64,000 nt of DNA from Ostrea edulis (lineage: Eukaryota): assembly GCF_947568905.1 (NCBI RefSeq), contig NC_079167.1, positions 91,512,001 through 91,576,000 of the forward strand, read 5' to 3'. The position numbers were made by a program, and so were the translations under genes. The notes beneath the pieces are model-generated. The model ran no database searches. It saw only the letters and a program-made list of their open reading frames with translations, and was not told the origin of the DNA. Position 1 is the stretch's first letter. The number at the start of each line of letters is the position of its first letter. Below, in pieces: positions 10,929 to 23,677 of the stretch.

Positions 10929-12443
10929 GTAAACACCTGAGTATTACCTTTATCCATGTTATACCAGAGACAGATAAACACCTGAGTATTACCTTTATCT
11001 GTGTTATACCAGAGACAGGTAAACACCTGAGTATTACCTTTATCTGTGTTATACCAGAGACAGGTAAACACCTGAGTATTACCTTTATCTGTGTTATACC
11101 AGAGACAGGTAAACACCTGAGTATTACCTTTATCTGTGTTATACCAGAGACAGGTAAACACCTGAGTATTACCTTTATCTGTGTTATACCAGAGACAGGT
11201 AAACACCTGAGTATTACCTTTATCTGTGTTATACCAGAGACAGGTAAACACCTGAGTATTACCTTTATCTGTCTTATACCAGAGACAGGTAAACACCTGA
11301 GTATTACCTTTATCTGTCTTATACCAGAGACAGGTAAACACCTAAGTATTTCCTTTATCTGTCTTATACCAGAGACAGGTAAACACCTGAGTATTACCTT
11401 TATCTGTCTTATACCAGAGACAGGTAAACACCCGAGTATTACCTTTATCTGTCTTATACCAGAGACAGGTAAACACCCGAGTATTACCTTTATCTGTCTT
11501 ATACCAGAGACAGGTAAACACCCGAGTATTACCTTTATCTGTGTTATACCAGAGACAGGTAAACACCCGAATATTACCTTTATCTGTCTTATACCAGAGA
11601 CAGGTAAACACCCGAATATTACCTTTATCTGTCTTATACCAGAGACAGGTAAACACCTGAATATTACCTTTATCTGTCTTATACCAGAGACAGGTAAACA
11701 CCTGAGTATTACCTTTATCTGTCTTATACCAGAGACAGGTAAACACCTGAGTATTACCTTTATCCGTGTTATACCAGAGACAGGTAAACACCTGAGTATT
11801 ACCTTTATCCGTGTTATACCAGAGACAGGTAAACACCTGAGTATTACCTTTATCCGTGTTATACCAGAGACAGGTAAACACCTGAGTATTACCTTTATCC
11901 GTGTTATACCAGAGACAGGTAAACACCTGAGTATTACCTTTATCCGTGTTATACCAGAGACAGGTAAACACCTGAATATTACCTTTATCCGTGTTATACC
12001 AGAGACAGGTAAACACCTGAGTATTACCTTTATCCGTGTTATACCAGAGACAGGTAAACACCTGAGTATTACCTTTATCCGTGTTATACCAGAGACAGGT
12101 AAACACCTGAATATTACCTTTATCCGTGTTATACCAGAGACAGGTAAACACCTGAGTATTACCTTTATCCGTGTTATACCAGAGACAGGTAAACACCTGA
12201 GTATTACCTTTATCCGTGTTATACCAGAGACAGGTAAACACCTGAGTATTACCTTTATCCGTGTTATACCAGAGACAGGTAAACACCTGAGTATTACCTT
12301 TATCTGTGTTATACCAGAGACAGGTAAACACCTGAGTATTACCTTTATCCGTGTTATACCAGAGACAGGTAAACACCTGAGTATTACCTTTATCTGTGTT
12401 ATACCAGAGACAGGTAAACACCTGAGTCTTACCTTTATCTGTG
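10906..12443 (+). repeat. About 34 x 45-bp array containing 23 nt of exon end plus donor CAG|GTAAAC
   Basis: tatc(c/t)(a/g)t(g/c)ttataccagagacag|gtaaacacctgagtattacctt. Confidence 0.97.
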
Positions 12444-12868
12444 ACTACCTGATTGCTTAAAGTAATGTGTCAGCTTTAAAGTGCATGGTCTCTTGTGATG
12501 GAATTTTACAGAAATATTGTATTTAATGTTTGTAATTCACTTTCCTTGTGTGAATTTCATGGCTACTATTGATGATTTATATCACAAATCACGAAGAAAA
12601 GTTTATGTGTATGTTGAAATCTGTGTTGTTTAAGCTGTATAGTTAAATTTGTATAATTTGACACATGTGCACTGTGTTTTATTGCAAATTCTTATCTTCT
12701 TTTCATCCCCAATTATCTCTTTTTATTTGTTTTTTACACTTTATATTCCAACAACCTGTCTAAGCTGAAACAAAAGTTCCCTCCTGGAGCTTGTCAGATT
12801 AAACAGGTTTCACTGTTATATACGTGTATGTTGCAGTGCCTCAGTTTTCTATTTATCTTCACCTTTAG

Positions 12869-13091
12869 GTTTATTTACGCTATATCCCGCTCCTTGCCGC
12901 TGTTCCTGGTGCTGGCCTGGGTCCTGTCTGTCGCCATGATCTGTAAGAGCATTGTCTACGAGAAGGAGAACCGCCTGAAGGAAGTAATGAAGATTATGGG
13001 GCTCAGTAACGCGGTGCATTGGGTGGCTTGGTTCATCAACTCCTTTGTTATGATGTTCATCACCATTCTGATTCTCACGATCATCCTCAAG
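12869..13091 (+). CDS. ABCA1: ABCA exon, TMD1 (SIVYEKENRLKEVMKIMGL)
   Basis: Conserved EKE.RLKE.M motif; 223 bp. Confidence 0.95.
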
Positions 13092-13411
13092 GTTAAAACT
13101 CAATATAGGACTTGCATAGTTGGAAATATTGAGAGGGAAAAACTCGAATCTATAGCTTGACATAACTTTAGATAATTTTGCAATTGACTTGAATATCCAG
13201 GTACATGTGTCTTAACTGATACTGGACTTGATCTAGAAAAACGAAGATAACATTTTATATACCTCCAAACTGATTATAACTGGAAAGTGAATTAGTACAA
13301 GTTTAGGAATGGAATATAGCAAAATTGTTGGAAATTAGGTGAAGTAAGATTGTTTGTAGTGAATCAAAGCTTACTGTAACATTTACAGTATGTTCAATAC
13401 TCTGTTTACAG

Positions 13412-13633
13412 GCTGGCAGGGTCCTGGAGCACTCTGATCCGGGTGTTATCATCGTGTTCCTCACTGCATTTGCCATCTCTACCATCATGCAGTGCTTCCT
13501 GTACAGCACATTCTTTAACCGGGCGAACCTGGCCGCCTGTGTGGCTGGCTTCCTGTACTTCATCATGTACCTGCCCTACACGCTGGCTGTTCAGTGGGAG
13601 GACTTCATGACCACAGGACATAAAGTTCTGTCT
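13412..13633 (+). CDS. ABCA1: ABCA exon, TMD1 (FFNRANLAACVAGFLYF)
   Basis: AG/GTGAGT; 222 bp. Confidence 0.95.
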
Positions 13634-13968
13634 GTGAGTACAATCACATAAAGCTGCCAGAAGTTATAGGGTAGGGTAAATTGTCTCCTTTAGTATGCTA
13701 CAGGGGCCTTAAGCTGGAAGGTTGAGTGAATCATAGCTGTTTATGTTAGAAACAGGAGGAGGATGTTTAGACTTAGTGATATCTCTCCTTAAATAAAACT
13801 TTTGTTGTTTTAAAGTTTTACCTTTTAAAATATACGTTATACATGTACTATACATTGGGGTACATTCTTCTGAGACGTGCATTTTCAGTTGTATTTGGCA
13901 TGTGTGTCCAGCTCACAGATGTGTACTTGTACATGTATTTTACAAAAAACTTTTAAATTTTGTTGCAG

Positions 13969-14173
13969 TGCTTTTCTTCTGGTGTGGCTTTTGGCTGGGG
14001 CTGTAATTATTTAGCCACTTACGAGGAACAGGCGATTGGCATACAATGGTCCAACATTGCCACCAGTCCCATAGTGGACGATGAATTTAACATGCTGTCC
14101 TGTATCTTTATGATGCTGTTTGATGCTGTGATTTATGGAATTTTCACGTGGTACATCGAGGCAGTCTTTCCAG
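13969..14173 (+). CDS. ABCA1: ABCA exon, TMD1 (EEQAIGIQW...WYIEAVFP)
   Basis: 205 bp, conserved motifs. Confidence 0.95.
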
Positions 14174-14623
14174 GTATCCATAGATACTTCAGAGATAACT
14201 TTATTTCTGAATGTTGATTTTCAAAAACTTGGAATAAACATTATTTATGCACATGCCAATCATAGGACAGATTCACGATGGCAAAGTACTCCTGCGTAAA
14301 GACTAGTCACATATCTTGCTGGATTCTCTTCATTTGCAAATTGAAGTTTATACAATGTGCTAGGGATGGATTTTGTTGGATGCATAATTTTCTTGTGGAA
14401 CCATTTTCAGGCTAAACATATCAAAAGGATTTGAACAATAAAAGTGTCAATTTTGAAAATTTCATTACATTACATGAGTAATTTTAGGGACCATTTTAAT
14501 TTTTAAAACTTTTCAATTAAAGTGTCGTTCTTTACTCAAAAAACGAAATTTTACATGTTTTAAAGTGAATGTTTAATCCGTTTGTTTGAGAAAGTTTTAG
14601 AAAAGTAATTTGTTGTGTTACAG

Positions 14624-14752
14624 GTCAATATGGAATTGCCAGAAAGTTCTATTTCCCATTCCAAAAATCTTACTGGTGTGGTGTCTCCAGTACCAAGGCA
14701 GAGGGCAGGGCCTACTTGTCTAACACACCAGATGTAGAACTCGGAAATGGTG
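14624..14752 (+). CDS. ABCA1: ABCA exon (GQYGIARKFYFPFQKSYWCG)
   Basis: Conserved GQYGI..P.YFPF..SYW motif. Confidence 0.93.
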
Positions 14753-16908
14753 GTAAGATAATGGCTAGATATTTAGAATAGTGAAAGTCTGTTCGTCAGC
14801 TTATTTGTGAAATCCACCTTTTCATTCATTGGTTCACGAGTATTATACTATGTGTCTGTATTGTCTTTCAAGGAATCCCACTGTTGCAAATTAATAAAGG
14901 TATTTCGATAGATACATGTCTTGCTCTTGCATGCTATAGAGGGTATATTGTGCCTGAACAGACAGGAAGAGTATTTTAAGGATGTTGTGAATGAATATTC
15001 ATGATCAGTCTGACTTTTGAGCATGCTATCATTTTCACTAACATGTTCCATCAGATTTAGTTCTGTTCTCTCTGTATATAGTTATCCCCCCTCCCCCACC
15101 CCGTTAAATGAAGTGGTGGAGGAGTGTACTGGAATTACCATGTTCTTTGTCTGTCTGTCCATCCGTCTGTAATGTCCATATACACATGGTCATGTACAGC
15201 AATAAAGTCTCTGCTCACCTCATCACAATTGGAATTCTAAGCAGACTTGTTCTTATGGACTTTTTGGGATGCCTCTTGCCATAGTCCGGATTCTGCATCT
15301 TATCGATATTTTATGCTTCAGTGTTCAGGATAGCATTTGAAGTTTTTTCCAAGGTGTATTACAAGCAAGATACATCTGCCATCAAATCTATTTCATGCTT
15401 CAGTGACTCTTGTTTAGGATAGCATTTTGGGTTTTTTCCTTGTATATTACAGAGACATGATTTTTCTCTACTTTAAAACGGAATTCCGCTTTCCGGACTG
15501 GAAAAATCTGTTCTCTATATAGCGGTTCTGCTTCTGGAAATTTCTAGTTTCAATAAATTTCACTGTTTACGAATCTTATTTTCGGGAATATCCAGTTTTG
15601 ACTTTGAATTTTACATAGTGGTCAGTATTTCCTTGTTGTATTCTTCTCGTTGATTGGTTGAATCATTATGATATAGCCAAATTAGCACATTGCACACTGA
15701 TTGTAAACACATGGGCCTTACAAAAATGTCCATAAAAGTATTACAAAGAGATGACAAAGTCCAGCTTTTGAAGAACCTTTTAGTCAAGTGTTGGTAGATT
15801 GTGTAGGACCTTTGCCTAAGACTAGGTTAGGGAACCAATACTTGCTTACTATTATTGGCATTTTTATTAAGCTTAAAACCTCAAAATTGGTTCACAGAAT
15901 TTTCTGTCGAGCTTCTTGAAGTCAAAATATCCATCTTCTGTCAGGGGCCCCTATATATCCCACTGGGGGAGAACTCTCAGACCACCCTTCCGCTTTTCCA
16001 ATGTCTCCCTAGAACCATGTCTGATTATAAGCAAGATATATCTGCCATCAAATGTTGCCCAAGGCTTAGGTGCTGTGTTTAATACATTTAGGTAAATTAC
16101 CATCTTATCAAAAGTCATGATTGTGTTTCATGATCATTTAGACTACTTCTAGAGCAAAGGGATTATGAGTTTAAAGTTTTGTATGAGCATTAATCTTTAG
16201 ATATGTATATCATAGATTACAGATGGATGAAATGTTTTTTTAGAAAGAATGTGGTGTTCAAATATACAAGGGTTTTGGTGTACCCCACAGGAGGTATTGT
16301 CCCCATTAGGAGAGCGCTAGTTTGCTCTGTTTTGTGAAATGCACTTTTAAAAAATATATTTTTAGCTGGGATGGCACAATAATTTAAGTTTAACCAAAAG
16401 ACGTCAAGAATGTGATTGTTTAATGTTGGTGAATGTGCAGAAATGTCCGAGTATGAATAGATTTTGTGTTGCCAGCAGAAGCTTGATGTTAAGTAATGTC
16501 TGAGTATGAATAGATTTTGTGTTGCCTGCAGAAGCTTGATGTTAAGTAGAAGTTATTTCAGTTTGATTGCTTCCTTGCGCAGTGTATATCAAAAGCACAC
16601 TACATATCAACCCCAGTTTTGAGTTCAGCATGCCTAAGCCCACAAACTTATTTTGATGTATTTCTTAAATTCTTATTCTAAAAGTAACAACCTTCTTTGC
16701 TTCAAATTTTAAAGAACAAAATGTGTTGTAGAAGTACATGATAACAAAAATTAAAGTTGCTGAGATCGTTGTTTAACAAATTTTTCATGACTAATGTTAT
16801 GATTCAGAAACAACAAATTATTCATGACTATCTTATTTTGTCAAAATACAGTTATGAATTAATTCCTTCACTAAACATTTTCCGATACATTGATCATTTC
16901 CTGTGTAG

Positions 16909-17083
16909 ATGCCAATTTGGAAGCTGAGCCTAAAAATAGAAAATTGGGAGTCTCCATAAAGAACCTGAGGAAGGTGTACAAACAAGGAAAGAAGCTAGCT
17001 GTAGACAACCTCAGCATCAACTTCTACGAGGGACAGATCACGTCATTTCTGGGACACAATGGGGCTGGCAAAACCACCACCAT
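16909..17083 (+). CDS. ABCA1: ABCA exon, NBD1 Walker A
   Basis: [17 protein letters not shown]. Confidence 0.97.
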
Positions 17084-17285
17084 GTGAGTAATTGAGCATG
17101 ATTTGTAATCTTATCTACTAAGTACATGTGCTACAGTTGTTGACAGAGAAATAATGCGAAAGAAAACTGGCTTTCAATAGCAGGAAGTTTTAATTGCTTT
17201 TTAGAAATGTTTTTCTTTTTTCATCATTATTTCAAAATTCTAACCATTGTCTCAACAGAGCAATGGTTAGAATTTTGAGTCTTTA

Positions 17286-17515
17286 ATACAATGTTTTACA
17301 CAATGTTTATACAATGTTTTATACAATGTTTAATACAATGTTTTATACAATGTTTTATACAATGTTTATACAATGTTTATTACAATGTTTATACAATGTT
17401 TATACAATGTTTTATACAATGTTTATACAATGTTTTATACAATGTTTTATACAATGATTTATACAATGATTATACAATGTTTTATACAATGTTTATACAA
17501 TGTTTTATACAATGT
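17286..17515 (+). repeat. 12-13-bp minisatellite (tatacaatgttt)
   Basis: Direct reading; ends about 40 bp before acceptor 17555. Confidence 0.92.
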
Positions 17516-17555
17516 TGGAGATCTGTTGTGTTACTGTGGTGGTATCTTTTTACAG

Positions 17556-17687
17556 GTCTATTTTGACTGGTTTATTTGAGCCCACAGATGGAACAGCTTA
17601 CATATATGGCTATGACATTCGATCCGAGATGGACAACATTAGGAAGGGTCTGGGGATGTGTCCTCAGCATAATGTCCTGTTCGATGG
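17556..17687 (+). CDS. ABCA1: ABCA exon, NBD1 Q-loop
   Basis: [12 protein letters not shown]; 132 bp. Confidence 0.96.
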
Positions 17688-17990
17688 GTAAGACTCGAAT
17701 ATTGCCCTCAATGTAAGGTCCTGTTCGATGGGTAAGACTCGAATATTGCCCTCAATGTAAGGTCCTGTTTGATGGGTAAGACTCGAATATTGCCCTCAAT
17801 GTAAGGTCCTGTTCGATGGGTAAGACTCGAATATTGCCCTCAATGTAAGGTCCTGTTCGATGGGTAAGACTCGAATATTGCCCTCAATGTAAGGTCCTGT
17901 TCGATGGGTAAGACTCGAATATTGCCCTCAATGTAAGGTCCTGTTCGATGTATCATCCCCAATGTAATGTCCTTTTGAATGGTAAGACTT
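17674..17990 (+). repeat. 6 x 44-bp array (plus partial copies) containing exon end plus donor GG|GTAAGA
   Basis: gtcctgttcgatgg|gtaagactcgaatattgccctcaatgtaag; donors at 17688, 17732, 17776, 17820, 17864 and 17908. Confidence 0.96.
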
Positions 17991-18317
17991 AAAATGTGTC
18001 TATTGAAATGTCCTGTGTTACCATTAAATCTCGGTATGTTTCTTTAATATAAGATTCTGTTTGATAAATAAAACCCAGGATAAGTTTATAATGCTATGCC
18101 CTGTTTAATGGCTAAATGCACCCACAGTGAAAGTGCTAGGAAGTTGTTTATTTACATAGAAATATTCGGTCAATTTGAGTTTGAGTTAAGGTTAATGTAT
18201 GATGTGACGCCAGGGCCTGTAGTACATAACTCTAGAGTTGGACTGTGACAGTCTGTACATGTATGTTAGAATACCTGTAAAAATTCAGTAGCTGAAGAAG
18301 AATTTGATTCTCTGTAG

Positions 18318-18457
18318 ACTGACTGTGGAGGAACACCTTTGGTTTTTTGCCCGTCTGAGAGGGTTGGAGGATGATAAAGTGAAGGCTGAGATGGAACACA
18401 TGATTAAAGATGTTGGTTTGCCTCACAAGAGGAAGGAGCTGTCATCTTCATTGTCAG
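18318..18457 (+). CDS. ABCA1: ABCA exon, NBD1
   Basis: [15 protein letters not shown]. Confidence 0.95.
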
Positions 18458-18592
18458 GTAATGAAGTTTTATATCTACATCAGGTGAAGCATCTCTGTAT
18501 GACAAAAACAAGGAGATAGGATGTCTTCCTAATAAAACTCTAGGTGGTCCATTCCTGGTGTTTACGAAAGAATCCTTGCATTACAGAGATAT

Positions 18593-19606
18593 ATAACTAC
18601 AAGTCCTTCTAATGATCAGTAATAACTACAAGTCCTTTTAATGATCAGTAATAACTACAAGTCCTTCTAATGATCAGTAATAACTACAAGTCCTTCTAAT
18701 GATCAGTAATAACTACAAGTCCTCCTAATGATCAGTAATAACTACAAGTCCTCCTAATGATCAGTAATAACTACAAGTCCTTCTAATGATCAGTAATAAC
18801 TACAAGTCCTTCTAATGATCAGTAATAACTACAAGTCCTTCTAATGATCAGTAATAACTACAAGTCCTTCTAATGATCAGTAATAACTACAAGTCCTTCT
18901 AATGATCAGTAATAACTACAAGTCCTCCTAATGATCAGTGATAACTACAAGTCCTTCTAATGATCAGTAATAACTACAAGTCCTTCTAATGATCAGTAAT
19001 AACTACAAGTCCTTCTAATGATCAGTAATAACTACAAGTCCTTCTAATGATCAGTAATAACTACAAGTCCTCCTAATGATCAGTGATAACTACAAGTCCT
19101 TCTAATGATCAGTAATAACTACAAGTCCTTCTAATGATCAGTAATAACTACAAGTCCTCCTAATGATCAGTGATAACTACAAGTCCTCCTAATGATCAGT
19201 GATAACTACAAGTCCTTCTAATGATCAGTGATAACTACAAGTCCTTCTAATGATCAGTGATAACTACAAGTCCTTCTAATGATCAGTAATAACTACAAGT
19301 CCTTCTAATGATCAGTAATAACTACAAGTCCTCCTAATGATCAGTGATAACTACAAGTCCTTCTAATGATCAGTGATAACTACAAGTCCTTCTAATGATC
19401 AGTAATAACTACAAGTCCTTCTAATGATCAGTAATAACTACAAGTCCTCCTAATGATCAGTGATAACTACAAGTCCTCCTAATGATCAGTGATAACTACA
19501 AGTCCTTCTAATGATCAGTAATAACTACAAGTCCTTCTAATGATCAGTAATAACTACAAGTCCTTCTAATGATCAGCAATAACTTCAAGTCCTCCTAATG
19601 ATCAGC
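18593..19606 (+). repeat. About 35 x 29-bp intronic minisatellite
   Basis: aagtccttctaatgatcagtaataactac; does not include a junction. Confidence 0.96.
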
Positions 19607-19651
19607 AGGTGAGATATGAAGATAAGAATTTTGATTTTCTTTACTTTTCAG

Positions 19652-19789
19652 GTGGTATGAAGAGAAAGCTGTCTGTGGCCATTGCCTTCTGTGGAAATGC
19701 TAAGACAGTCATTCTGGATGAACCGACGGCTGGAGTGGATCCGTACGCTCGCCGATCAATCTGGGAACTACTCATTAAGCTGAAGAAAA
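19652..19789 (+). CDS. ABCA1: ABCA exon, NBD1 signature and Walker B
   Basis: [10 protein letters not shown]...[11 protein letters not shown]; 138 bp. Confidence 0.97.
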
Positions 19790-20048
19790 GTAAGATCATC
19801 TGAAATTCCCTCTAGAATACACGTGTACATTCATTTCTTTTTTCCATCTTGTATTTCGAAGATAAGGCAAGTTTCCAGCACAGTATTTTTGTGGAATGTC
19901 ATGTATTTTATATGTACAGAACATGTATATTTCCTGTTTAAGATGTACATTAATTGAAAAGTGTATGTTTAATTGGATATTACCAATTTAAACTCTGAGA
20001 AGAAGATAAATATTTTTTGATGTATACTAAATGATACTGCACCAACAG

Positions 20049-20335
20049 AGAGAACCATCATCCTATCCACACACCACATGGATGAAGCTGATGTTCTAGG
20101 AGACCGCATTGCAATCATCTCACACGGAAAACTCTGTTGTTGTGGCTCCAGTCTCTATTTGAAATCTCAGTATGGCAGTGGCTTCTACCTGACTCTGGTA
20201 CGAGGAAAGGAGGGGGAGTGTGAGAAAGACATGGACTCAGATGATGACTCGGATGATGATTATCCAGATGATACATTGTCTTTGGATTCCAGACCTAGCA
20301 CCGTATCCAGTATCCGAACTGTGCGAGCCGTCAAG
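20049..20335 (+). CDS. ABCA1: ABCA exon, NBD1 H-loop plus acidic extension
   Basis: [23 protein letters not shown]. Confidence 0.93.
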
Positions 20336-20399
20336 GTATAGAATTCTCATCAATCGTAAAATATCTGTCCAGTCTTTGAAATAGCTACAGATTATACTT

Positions 20400-20580
20400 G
20401 TTTTTTCCCCTAAATTCACACGGCAGCAAATATTTGCTCTCCATTCATAAGGGTGTGACTTTTTCCCCCTAAATTCACACGGCAGCAAATGTTTGCTCTC
20501 CATTCTTAAGGGTGTGACTTTTTTCCCCTAAATTCACATGGCAGCAAATGTTTGGTCTCCATTCTTAAGGGTGTGACTTT
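20400..20580 (+). repeat. 3 x ~60-bp intronic repeat
   Basis: ttttttcccctaaattcacacggcagcaaatgtttgctctccattcttaagggtgtgact. Confidence 0.9.
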
Positions 20581-21824
20581 AGTTGTTTGATTTTAGGCTG
20601 TGTTACAAACAGACCCAATGTCATTTGAACAGCTTTAGTCAATGACTAAGAGAAAGTAATGCCACTCTCATCCACTACTTTAAGATACGCTGTAGATATC
20701 AGAAATCCTTTCTCCAAACAAGATTACTCAACTTCATCTCTCCCATTCAATTAACTTTTTCAAATGTGCCCAAATTTGAATTTGCCACATGGCTTTTCAT
20801 TTGTTATACAACATTTGTGATCTTTTTGGAAACCTGTGCAGACAACCCTGGTAAGTACATATACCTGTTATGGCTATGATAGATTTTTGTTTATACTTTT
20901 GATGTAAAACTACATTCTCTAACAAGCCTCGAGTCTGTTTCAGCCAACTCCAGAGCATGCAGATATTTCTCTGTTTCTAGTTACTGAGTATGAAGGTGTG
21001 CCAATTTTATTTCCTTTTTGCATAATAGATTTTACATTTGTTCTTTTGTGTGTGTGTATGCGTCTTGTCCCGTTTTGGCTGTAGGAAAAGGCATCTAGAC
21101 ATGTTGTGACCTTTGATCATCTATTCTGTGTATGAAACTTCGCATGTGACTCATATACATGTTAGATTGTTGGGAATTGATCAGAATATCCTTAGATTGC
21201 TTCATAGAAATGCAACCTGGAAGTTCTTGGAATTGGCAAGACGTTGATTCAAATTCATATCTATGATGTATGTTGCAATTTACAGCTGTTCCTGCTGTAA
21301 GATTGTAAGACTTTCATTCATTTTTAAGGCTCTGAACTTTCCTACGATTTATCATTTTTGTGTGATACAAATTTATTGTTAAGTTTCATTTTGATATTGC
21401 CTGTAGTTACCAACTTATTTGTTATTTCTAGAAACGCACACCCACCCACCCATGTGTTTAGGAATTGCCATGATCTATCTGGCTGTGTCTCTGTAAATTA
21501 TTTTTGTCGATTCTGTAACTTTATATGACGGAATGACATTAGAAATTCGTCCTTGACACAAAGGTTGTTTATGACCAGACAGTGTGTCTTGACACTGGAC
21601 GAAGGTCATTTGGCTAAGATCAAGATTAAAAATAAATGTATCCAAAGTCAAAAACTTTGTAAAGGAGAGAAAGGGTTAAGCATATGCTATTTGGGTAAGC
21701 CTTAAGGAAGAAAATCCAATGATAATGTGTTACAGTATTTTAAATTTACCATTCTCTCTACTTTCTGTGCTTCCTGTTGATCTAGCTTCAGCAGTTCACC
21801 TGATGTAATTACGATTTCTTCCAG

Positions 21825-21942
21825 GCCACACTCAAAGAGCAAGAAGATGAAGGATATGATGAGAATTCCAAGAGCGACTCAGGAAGTGATCCTCCATCCA
21901 AACCATCAACTCCACCACCAGAGGGAGCCTTCATGATTCCAG
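21825..21942 (+). CDS. ABCA1: ABCA exon, acidic/Pro-rich linker (ATLKEQEDEGYDENS)
   Basis: ttccag acceptor, GT donor, phase 0 to 1 bridges its neighbours; no homology recognised. Confidence 0.72.
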
Positions 21943-21974
21943 GTACAGAATTAAGCAGTTCAGTTCGTGAAAAT

Positions 21975-22125
21975 ATAGTTCCCTCGTTGTGATCGGTGTG
22001 TGGATCCCAGGTAATGGTAACAGATTATAGTTCCCTCGTTGTGATCAGTGTGTGGATCCCAGGTAATGGTAACAGATTATAGCTCCCTCGTTGTGATCAG
22101 TGTGTGGATCCCAGGTAATGGTAAC
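21975..22125 (+). repeat. 3 x 52-bp repeat carrying donor-like gatcccag|gtaatg
   Basis: Resembles the adjacent authentic gattccag|gtacag at 21942. Confidence 0.85.
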
Positions 22126-22182
22126 TGATTTCTCAGTGAATTAGAAATAAAGTGAACATCATTTTAGACCATTTATTTTTAG

Positions 22183-22391
22183 GTTTCTCCATCGATCGCC
22201 TTGGTGCATTTATCAAGAGGCATGTCAAACTTGCCTATCTGATTGAGGAGACCACCACAGAAATGGTGTACCAGCTCCCTGACGATGAAGCGGAACTCAA
22301 AAAATTTGAGAGTTTGTTTATTGACCTTGAAAAGAATCACAAAAGTCTTGGAATATCCAGTTTTGGAATTTCTGATACCAGCTTAGAAGAG
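22183..22391 (+). CDS. ABCA1: ABCA exon, regulatory domain 1 (SSFGISDTSLEE), GC donor
   Basis: Resembles ABCA1 SSYGISETTLEE; ends GAG|GCAAGA. Confidence 0.9.
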
Positions 22392-22587
22392 GCAAGATAA
22401 TTATTTCTGTTGTGGAAATATTAATCATTAGGGCTCTGCCATATTATTGTTTGTGCTCTTTAGAAATCACACTGTCAGTCTGTCTGTTTCTGTTGCATGT
22501 GATGACATACAATGTAAGTTTCAGCGGGAATAGTTTGATAAATTTCATGCATAGTACTTGGAGTAGGTAGAGGAAGACCCCCTTTCA

Positions 22588-23336
22588 TTTTTATACACCC
22601 GTCTTAAGACGGGACGTATTATGGTATGGCGTTCATGTCCGTCTGTCCGTCCGTCTGTTAGCTTTTTCGTGTCCGACCCGTAACTTAAATACTACAAGGC
22701 CTAGAATCATCAAACTTTGTCTGTAGATACATCTTGGGTAGAAGGTGTGTCGCACATTAAAACCAGGTCACTGTGACTTTTCATTAAGAAGATATCCGTC
22801 TGTCCATCCGTCTGTTAGCTTTTTCGTGTCCGACCCGTAACTTAAATACTACAAGGCCTAGAATCATCAAACTTTGTCTGTAGATACATCTTGGGTAGAA
22901 GGTGTGTCGCACATTAAAACCAGGTCACTGTGACTTTTCATTAAGAAGATATCCGTCTGTCCATCCGTCTGTAAGCTTTTTCGTGTCCGACCCGTAACTT
23001 AAATACTACAAGGCCTAGAATCATCAAACTTTGTCTGTAGATACATCTTGGGTAGAAGGTGTGTCGCACATTAAAACCAGGTCACTGTGACTTTTCATTA
23101 AGAAGATATGGCCATATATGGCAAAAACTTGTCCGGCTCATAACTTGAAAACTATTAGACCTAGAATCACCAAAATTGGTCAACTAATGCATCTTAGGTA
23201 GAAGGTGTGTCGCATCCTACTTTAAGGTCACTGTGACATTTAATTAAGGTGATATAAAAAAAAATGTTTTAATGGGTACAATCTATACTGTTAACAATAT
23301 GTGACGGGCGTATCATGTGCCGTGGCGGTGCACTTT
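22588..23336 (+). mobile_element. Non-autonomous Helentron-type element with 157-bp internal repeats
   Basis: Sub-TIR atacacccgtc / gacgggcgtat, gtcc microsatellite, repeats at 22651, 22808 and 22965, 3' hairpin gtgccgtggcggtgcac followed by ttt. Confidence 0.82.
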
Positions 23337-23677
23337 ATTCAGATTTATTGCGGGACCTTTCTGACTTGTCAGTTTTCTAGTTAGCATTAATTAACTGAAA
23401 GAGATATTGAAAGTGGGAAACAAACTACAGTTGAACTTCAGTATCTCAAACATTGATATCTCGAATACCACAGATATGTCAAAGTGATTCAGAAGTCCCA
23501 AATACGTGTTTTAAAATATATTTTAGCCTCAATATCTCAAACCCTTGAATATCTCGGAAGTTTTCTTTTGGCCCCATCGAGTTTGAGATTATGAGGTTTG
23601 ACTATTCATTTAAGTTATTCAATTGTTTGAAGATTTTTGAAGGAGTTTGGTGTAGTAAAAGTGTGCTGTAATTGTAG

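Noticed and set aside
10862-12421. Minus-strand ORFs of 159 and 359 aa (FTCLWYNTDKGNTQV)n
   Set aside because: Translation of a 45-bp stop-free repeat antisense to an intron; no independent coding evidence.
15080-15170. Helentron-like 5' fragment with gtct/gtcc microsatellite
   Set aside because: Too short and no 3' end found.
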